Assembly (NCBI GenBank): GCA_016214565.1
Contig: JACROE010000002.1
Coordinates: 280,007-344,006 of the forward strand
Origin: Candidatus Kerfeldbacteria bacterium
GTDB taxonomy: Bacteria > Patescibacteriota > Patescibacteriia > UBA10025 > JAHIVO01
Direction of reading: 5' to 3'
Length of the DNA stretch: 64,000 bases
Positions 59,188 to 64,000 of the stretch are shown piece after piece. The notes under the pieces were generated by a model that worked only from the letters and a program-made list of their open reading frames with translations, did no database searches and was not told where the DNA came from. The position numbers were made by a program, and so were the translations under genes. How positions within the stretch are numbered: position 1 is the stretch's first letter; each line of letters opens with the position of its first letter.

Positions 59188-59502
59188 ATGTATACCTATT
59201 ACGTTTATATCATGACAAATAAGAGAAACCATATTCTATATATTGGCGTCACTCGAAATTTAGAATACCGAGTGTGGGAACATAAGAATAAAGCCAAACC
59301 TGGATTTACCAGCCGATACAACGTTACCAATCTAGTATATTATGAAGAATTTGCAATGCTGATGGATGCGATACAAAGAGAAAAACAGCTCAAGAACTGG
59401 CATCGCGGCTGGAAGTTTAACTTAATCCGGAAGTGTAACCCGAAAATGGTTGACCTGGCAGCTGAGTGGTATGAGAGAGATCCTGAAACAAGTTCAGGAT
59501 GA
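59188..59502 (+). CDS. Small GIY-YIG nuclease family protein
   Basis: YYVYIM...LYIGVT...RVWEH...FTSRYNV..LVYYE...AIQREKQLKNW. Confidence 0.93.
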   Translation: MYTYYVYIMTNKRNHILYIGVTRNLEYRVWEHKNKAKPGFTSRYNVTNLVYYEEFAMLMDAIQREKQLKNWHRGWKFNLIRKCNPKMVDLAAEWYERDPETSSG

Positions 59503-59544
59503 GGACAAAAATAATCCCTCATGCCGAACTTGTTTCGGCATCTC
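59477..59544. repeat. Inverted pair of REP-like hairpins overlapping the GIY-YIG stop codon
   Basis: GAGATCCTGAAACAAGTTCAGGATGAGG...CCTCATGCCGAACTTGTTTCGGCATCTC. Confidence 0.85.
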
Positions 59545-59636
59545 AAACCAATAATAAAAGCCGCTCAATTCTTAGTGATACTGAGCGGCTACTTTCCCTT
59601 GTGCACGATTCCTATGTGCAGTCTATGACTCGCTTC

Positions 59637-60011
59637 CTATGCGGTCGTGGCAATAATGAGTTCGCGGAATTCCGCGAGCTGGAACGGTTTCCCGATGGTA
59701 CGGATTGTACATCCGCTTAGTTCGACCGTGGCTTGGCCGAGCTTCTGGGGGTTCCCAGACATCAGGATGATCGGCACCTGCGAGCCCTGTTCACGCAATG
59801 CGTGAATGAGCTCCGGCCCCGTCATGGAGGGCATTTCCAGGTCGGTGATCACGAGTGATATGTCGTCGGGAGACTGCTGGACCAATTCCAGCGCTTGACG
59901 GCCATTCACGCATGTCGTAACCTGAAACCCTTCCAGTTCCGCGATCTCCGTGACCAAGTCACGAAGAATCTCCTCATCATCAACCACCAGCGCTTTTCGC
60001 GGTGACTGCAT
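59637..60011 (-). CDS. Single-domain (CheY-like) response regulator
   Basis: LVVDDE, ITDLEMPSMTG, MSG, KPF; SD AAAGGAG. Confidence 0.9.
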   Translation of the reverse strand: MQSPRKALVVDDEEILRDLVTEIAELEGFQVTTCVNGRQALELVQQSPDDISLVITDLEMPSMTGPELIHALREQGSQVPIILMSGNPQKLGQATVELSGCTIRTIGKPFQLAEFRELIIATTA

Positions 60012-60160
60012 ACAAATACTCCTTTCTGGAGATTCGAGTGTTGCACTACAGGAAATAAGGAAGAAAACTGACAACGAGCAATACGATAAGCGAGTATAGG
60101 CTCAGCCTGCCCCCTTGTCAAGACACGAAAAAAACAGTATACTAATTATTGAATACACAT

Positions 60161-60394
60161 ATGGTTCAAGCAAAACGACGCACCAAACAGCAAAAACGAG
60201 AACGCCGCTCCCATCATGCCATGAAAGTGCAAACGCTTTCTCACAGCACCAAGAGTGGTAAACCGCATCTGCCCCACCACGTCAATCCGTTTGATGGATT
60301 TTACCGTGGCCGGGACGTGCTCCAGCTTGACGCGAAGGCCTCACGCAAAGAAAAACGCGCCAAGAAAAAAGAAGACCGGGCAAAAAATAAATAA
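60161..60394 (+). CDS. rpmF: 50S ribosomal protein L32
   Basis: KRRTKQQKRERRSH...GKPHLPHHV...GFYRGRDV; upstream of nusB and rnc. Confidence 0.85.
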   Translation: MVQAKRRTKQQKRERRSHHAMKVQTLSHSTKSGKPHLPHHVNPFDGFYRGRDVLQLDAKASRKEKRAKKKEDRAKNK

Positions 60395-60427
60395 AGAGTC
60401 CGGGTAACCCCCGTACGCACGAAGCCT

Positions 60428-60925
60428 ATGTCCAATCGCCATTTGTCTCGTACGATCGCCATGCAGTCTCTGTATGAGTGGGATTTTAATAAACTCAATG
60501 CAGCTGAATTGCCGCACCTGGCAGACACCAATATGAAGGCGTTTGCGCCTGATTTCAATGACAATGGCTTTGCCAAACATATTATTAAGGGCGTGGTTAA
60601 TTACTTAACTGACATCAATAATCTCATTACCACGTACGCGCCGGAATGGCCGCTCGAGCAAATCACCGTCGTGGATCGCAACGTATTACGCATCGGCATT
60701 TACGAATTAAAATTTTCAAAAGGCGAAATTCCGCCGAAGGTGGCGATCAACGAAGCCATAGAGCTAGCTAAAACCTTTGGTGGCGAATCATCCGGCAAGT
60801 TTGTGAATGGCGTCCTCGGGAGTATATTCAAAGACATGGTTGAGCGTGGTGAAGTCGCCATTGGCGAGGAAACACCAGCCAAACCCCACGAAGCAACACC
60901 GCCAGCCGCCACCCCATCATCCTAG
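60428..60925 (+). CDS. nusB: Transcription antitermination factor NusB
   Basis: [40 protein letters not shown]. Confidence 0.96.
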   Translation: MSNRHLSRTIAMQSLYEWDFNKLNAAELPHLADTNMKAFAPDFNDNGFAKHIIKGVVNYLTDINNLITTYAPEWPLEQITVVDRNVLRIGIYELKFSKGEIPPKVAINEAIELAKTFGGESSGKFVNGVLGSIFKDMVERGEVAIGEETPAKPHEATPPAATPSS

Positions 60926-60986
60926 ACGAGCGGGCGCCTACGACGCGCACCCGATGGTTTGGGATGATCGACATACGTAATTGTGT

Positions 60987-61676
60987 ATGAACGATCAATC
61001 AGCATTAGCATCACGACTCGGCGTCACCTTCCGTGACCCCAATCTACTCCAGCAAGCGCTGGTGCACCGTTCGTATTTGAATGAAAATCGCAATTTCAGC
61101 CTGGGAAATAATGAACGCCTCGAATTCCTGGGTGACGCCGTGCTGGAATTAGTCGTGACCGAATTTCTCTATCTCAATTACCCCAATCCCGAAGGCGAGC
61201 TGACGAACTGGCGCGCGGCCTTGGTCAACGCCAAAATGCTGTCTGACATTGCCGAGACATTCAGTATCTACGAACACCTCTATCTCTCCCGCGGCGAAGC
61301 TAAAGATTCAAATGGCAAAGCACGCGGCTATATCCTGGCGAATGCCTTTGAAGCAATCATCGGTGCCATCTACCTAGACCAGGGCTGGGATGCGGCCAAG
61401 AAATTCATCACTGATCATGTGCTATCGCGGCTCACCGCAATACTGGATAATAAACTCCACATTGACCCGAAGAGCCGCTTCCAGGAAGTCAGCCAAGAGC
61501 GCCTGGGCGTGACGCCGTCATACCGGGTGATTGAGGAATCCGGCCCTGACCATGCCAAGAAATTTATCGTCGGTGTCTATACCGGCACTGAACTCGTGGC
61601 TCAGGGTGAAGGAACGTCAAAGCAAGAAGCGCAGGTTGCAGCTGCGGAAAAAGCCCTCCAGGCAAAAGGTTGGTAA
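60987..61676 (+). CDS. rnc: Ribonuclease III
   Basis: NERLEFLGDAVL, dsRBD DPKSRFQE...GPDHAK. Confidence 0.97.
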   Translation: MNDQSALASRLGVTFRDPNLLQQALVHRSYLNENRNFSLGNNERLEFLGDAVLELVVTEFLYLNYPNPEGELTNWRAALVNAKMLSDIAETFSIYEHLYLSRGEAKDSNGKARGYILANAFEAIIGAIYLDQGWDAAKKFITDHVLSRLTAILDNKLHIDPKSRFQEVSQERLGVTPSYRVIEESGPDHAKKFIVGVYTGTELVAQGEGTSKQEAQVAAAEKALQAKGW

Positions 61677-61771
61677 TTGCCATTGCTTGACCAATTAAAT
61701 AGTTTGCAGTACGGTAGTGACGAAACCGATCTTTTTGCTTTCTTCACCCCAACGTTCAAGGAGGATGTACC

Positions 61772-62170
61772 ATGACCGGACCTCAGTCCGGCGGCATGCC
61801 GGTAATGAAAGAGGTGGGAAAAGTTATCAGACTCTTCCCCAATCTCGGATGCGTTGGCATTCAGGTCAAAAAACAGGTGTGTAAAGGCGACCAGCTCCTC
61901 TGTGAGACTCATCGCCAGACACACCTCGACCAAGAGGTCGTCGTCGATTCGATGGAAGTTGATCACCATGTCCGTCAGCTGGTTCGCGCCGGCGAACGCT
62001 GCGCCATCAAAGTTGGTGATACAACAAACTTCCACTCTGGCATGACCGTCTTCTGCATCCAAGCGGTTGATGCCCCGTTCACATCAGAGGCGAGCGCTGT
62101 GCCTGCTGAAACTGCCGGCGGATCAACATATGAAGATCCGGACAATGAAGCGCTCCGCTTAGCCACCTAG
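61772..62170 (+). CDS. Small protein with EF-Tu domain-2 / peptidase U32 C-terminal-like beta-barrel
   Basis: VGKVIRLFPNLGCVGI...KGDQL...VDSMEVDH...AGERCAIKV; SD AAGGAGG. Confidence 0.65.
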   Translation: MTGPQSGGMPVMKEVGKVIRLFPNLGCVGIQVKKQVCKGDQLLCETHRQTHLDQEVVVDSMEVDHHVRQLVRAGERCAIKVGDTTNFHSGMTVFCIQAVDAPFTSEASAVPAETAGGSTYEDPDNEALRLAT

Positions 62171-62265
62171 CTCCGAACAACTCGGACTCCGGGGCATGCC
62201 ACAGATCCTTCCATCAGACATCGCGCGTTTTCCCGCACAACGCTACGCATCTCTGATGGATTCCG

Positions 62266-62308
62266 GTGCCGCCCTAACCTGCTGAAAAAGGGGCGGCACT
62301 TTTTATTT
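62266..62308 (+). terminator. Intrinsic terminator
   Basis: GTGCCGCCC...GGGCGGCAC-TTTTT. Confidence 0.75.
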
Positions 62309-62431
62309 GCCCACGATTAAACCGTCTCTCATTTGATTTGACCCGACCAATATCAGATGGTAAGGTGTGAGGAAACTAAACAGAAACCCAAAAATAGTCC
62401 TTCAAAACAACCAAACACATGGAGGTGTACC

Positions 62432-62827
62432 ATGGCTAGTGGCAATCTCGTGCCCGTTGGCCACGTCTTCGCAGTATTTCCGGCGCATAACGAACATGAC
62501 ATTATTCTCGGCATTGCCGTCGAATCAAACGGTTTTGGCACCAAGAATGAATTGGTCATCTTCAATCCGGAAAAACCGGGAGAACCATTGACCATCCGGG
62601 TCCACACGCTCGAACATGAACGCAAGCGGACCAATGTTGCCCAGCCCGGCAAAGAATATGGTGTCAAACCGTTCCGCGTCGGCAGCGAAACGCTGACCGT
62701 CAATCCGACCGACTGGCTCGTCTATGCGCTAGAACATCAGTCACGGGGCGCTGCCCAACGCACCCCGAGGACATGGAACCGCCCGCCGCGCCCGACTCGA
62801 AAGGTCTCCTTCTGCCAGGTAAAATAG
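62432..62827 (+). CDS. Divergent second beta-barrel protein, possible paralog of 61772-62170
   Basis: VGHVFAVFP...IRVHTLEHER...AQPGKEYGVK; SD GGAGG. Confidence 0.55.
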   Translation: MASGNLVPVGHVFAVFPAHNEHDIILGIAVESNGFGTKNELVIFNPEKPGEPLTIRVHTLEHERKRTNVAQPGKEYGVKPFRVGSETLTVNPTDWLVYALEHQSRGAAQRTPRTWNRPPRPTRKVSFCQVK

Positions 62828-62853
62828 TCTGCTATTTGTACCTACCTAAATGT

Positions 62854-62888
62854 AACGCGTCAGCCCCCAACTGACGCGTTCTTTTATT
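62854..62888 (+). terminator. Intrinsic terminator
   Basis: AACGCGTCAG-loop-CTGACGCGTT-CTTTT. Confidence 0.75.
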
Positions 62889-62987
62889 TGACCCAACCTT
62901 TACCTAATGTTAAGGTGTGGTGAAACCTAAATAAACGCTAGAAATAGCCCTATCACAATTCAACCCTTTCTTTTCAAGGAGGAACGC

Positions 62988-63821
62988 ATGTCCCGATTCG
63001 TTGATCGCCTCACAGCGATACAAACACGGCAGAATAGCATCATCTGCGTCGGTTTGGACTTTGACCGTAAAAAAGTCCCGCTGCACATCGCTGAACTGTA
63101 CGGCATTCGTGCCGACGTCGGTATCGAGATGTTCAATCGGCGCATCATTGACGCCGTGGCGCCGTACTGCAGTGTCTTCAAGCCAAACCTTGCCTTCTAC
63201 GAAAGTAGCGGCAAAAAGGGCTGGGGCGCACTTGCTCGTACCGTGGCGTACATTCGTGAACGCCATCCTGATCACCTGGTGATCGGGGACGGTAAGCGTA
63301 ATGATATCGGCAATACTGCTGAGCACTACGCCGAAGGTCTGGCTCAGTTAGGTTTCCACGCCGTTACGTGGAATCCGTACATGGGCAATGAAACCGCGCA
63401 CCCCTTCTTCAAGGCCGGTCTCGCCGTCATCGCTTTGTGTCTCACGTCAAACCCCGGCGCCGCTGACTATCAGCTCCTGGAATGCGACGGCAAACCGCTC
63501 TACATGCACGTGGCGGAAAAAACCGTCGCTGACTTCGGCGCTTCTGGCCACTTTGGCCTCGTCGTCGGTGCCACCAAGCCCGAACAGCTCGGGCGTGTCC
63601 GTGACGCTATCGGCCTCGACATCCCCATCCTCATCCCGGGTTTGAAAACCCAGGGTGGTGATGCCGCTGCAACCATGCAGCATAACAAGGGTGGACAGGC
63701 CATCATCAATTTCTCGAGAAACGTGCTCTATGCTTCAGCTGGCCCTGATTTCGATCAGGCCGCTGAGCGTGAAGCGCAGAATTCCAACGACGAAGTGAAC
63801 GCGCTGCGCAATGCAGTATAA
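62988..63821 (+). CDS. pyrF: Orotidine 5'-phosphate decarboxylase (subfamily 2)
   Basis: CVGLD, FKPNLAFYE, DGKRNDIGNT, NPYMG, TSNPG, VVGAT, LIPG. Confidence 0.95.
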   Translation: MSRFVDRLTAIQTRQNSIICVGLDFDRKKVPLHIAELYGIRADVGIEMFNRRIIDAVAPYCSVFKPNLAFYESSGKKGWGALARTVAYIRERHPDHLVIGDGKRNDIGNTAEHYAEGLAQLGFHAVTWNPYMGNETAHPFFKAGLAVIALCLTSNPGAADYQLLECDGKPLYMHVAEKTVADFGASGHFGLVVGATKPEQLGRVRDAIGLDIPILIPGLKTQGGDAAATMQHNKGGQAIINFSRNVLYASAGPDFDQAAEREAQNSNDEVNALRNAV

Positions 63822-63834
63822 GGAGGTGATTCAT

Positions 63835-64000
63835 TTGTCAACCAAGAATCTGAAAACAACGCGTGATTTCTGCGTGTTCAACAACCGCCCGCAGATTGAG
63901 GCGATCCTCAAGGGCTTCCCGCTACCGCAGGAAGAAATTCTCCGGCTTATCGGCATCGCTGAAGCACACTGGTACTTCGACTACGGCGGCGATCCGACCC
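63835..64000 (+). CDS. ORF truncated by the window end, possibly orotate phosphoribosyltransferase
   Basis: AGGAGGTG SD and TTG start right after pyrF; open to the window end (...AHWYFDYGGDPT). The pyrE call rests mainly on context. Confidence 0.45.
   Translation, partial: MSTKNLKTTRDFCVFNNRPQIEAILKGFPLPQEEILRLIGIAEAHWYFDYGGDPT

Overview
Chromosomal segment of a small-genome bacterium. Gene content and style suggest Patescibacteria/CPR, probably ABY1 class (inference). The left 16 kb holds a truncated PEP-utiliser-like gene and a ~15-kb minus-strand surface locus with a perfect sigma70 promoter: a TSP3-repeat membrane protein, a 3087-aa Cys-rich protein with dockerin/CBM-like/PKD modules, a 1116-aa VirB6/TrbL-like protein and a 423-aa unknown. 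The rest is mostly housekeeping: rsmA, tsaC, leuS, comM, rluB, lspA, gdh, trxAB, infB, rbfA, clpP, rny, HU, ftsH, rpsA, gyrA, rpmF, nusB, rnc and pyrF. It also has four tRNAs, four parS sites, a two-component locus and several stand-alone orphan genes. The most notable observations are: (1) an array of duplicated tRNA-Ile 5' fragments carrying CCGAC/GTCGG hairpins inserted in the D-arm; (2) a ~108-nt covarying structured element abutting the CCA end of two different tRNA genes; (3) tandem-GA REP-like hairpins plus a small GIY-YIG nuclease, which may link (1)-(3) into one tRNA-associated hairpin-insertion system; (4) a LeuRS with an apparently intact alpha/beta serine hydrolase inserted at the start of its editing domain; (5) tRNA-Ile with anticodon UAU; (6) a CsoR-family repressor lacking the Cu-binding His, with its operator, heading trxA-trxB; (7) shared promoter/leader motifs on accessory genes. 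All calls come from reading the sequence; no searches were run.
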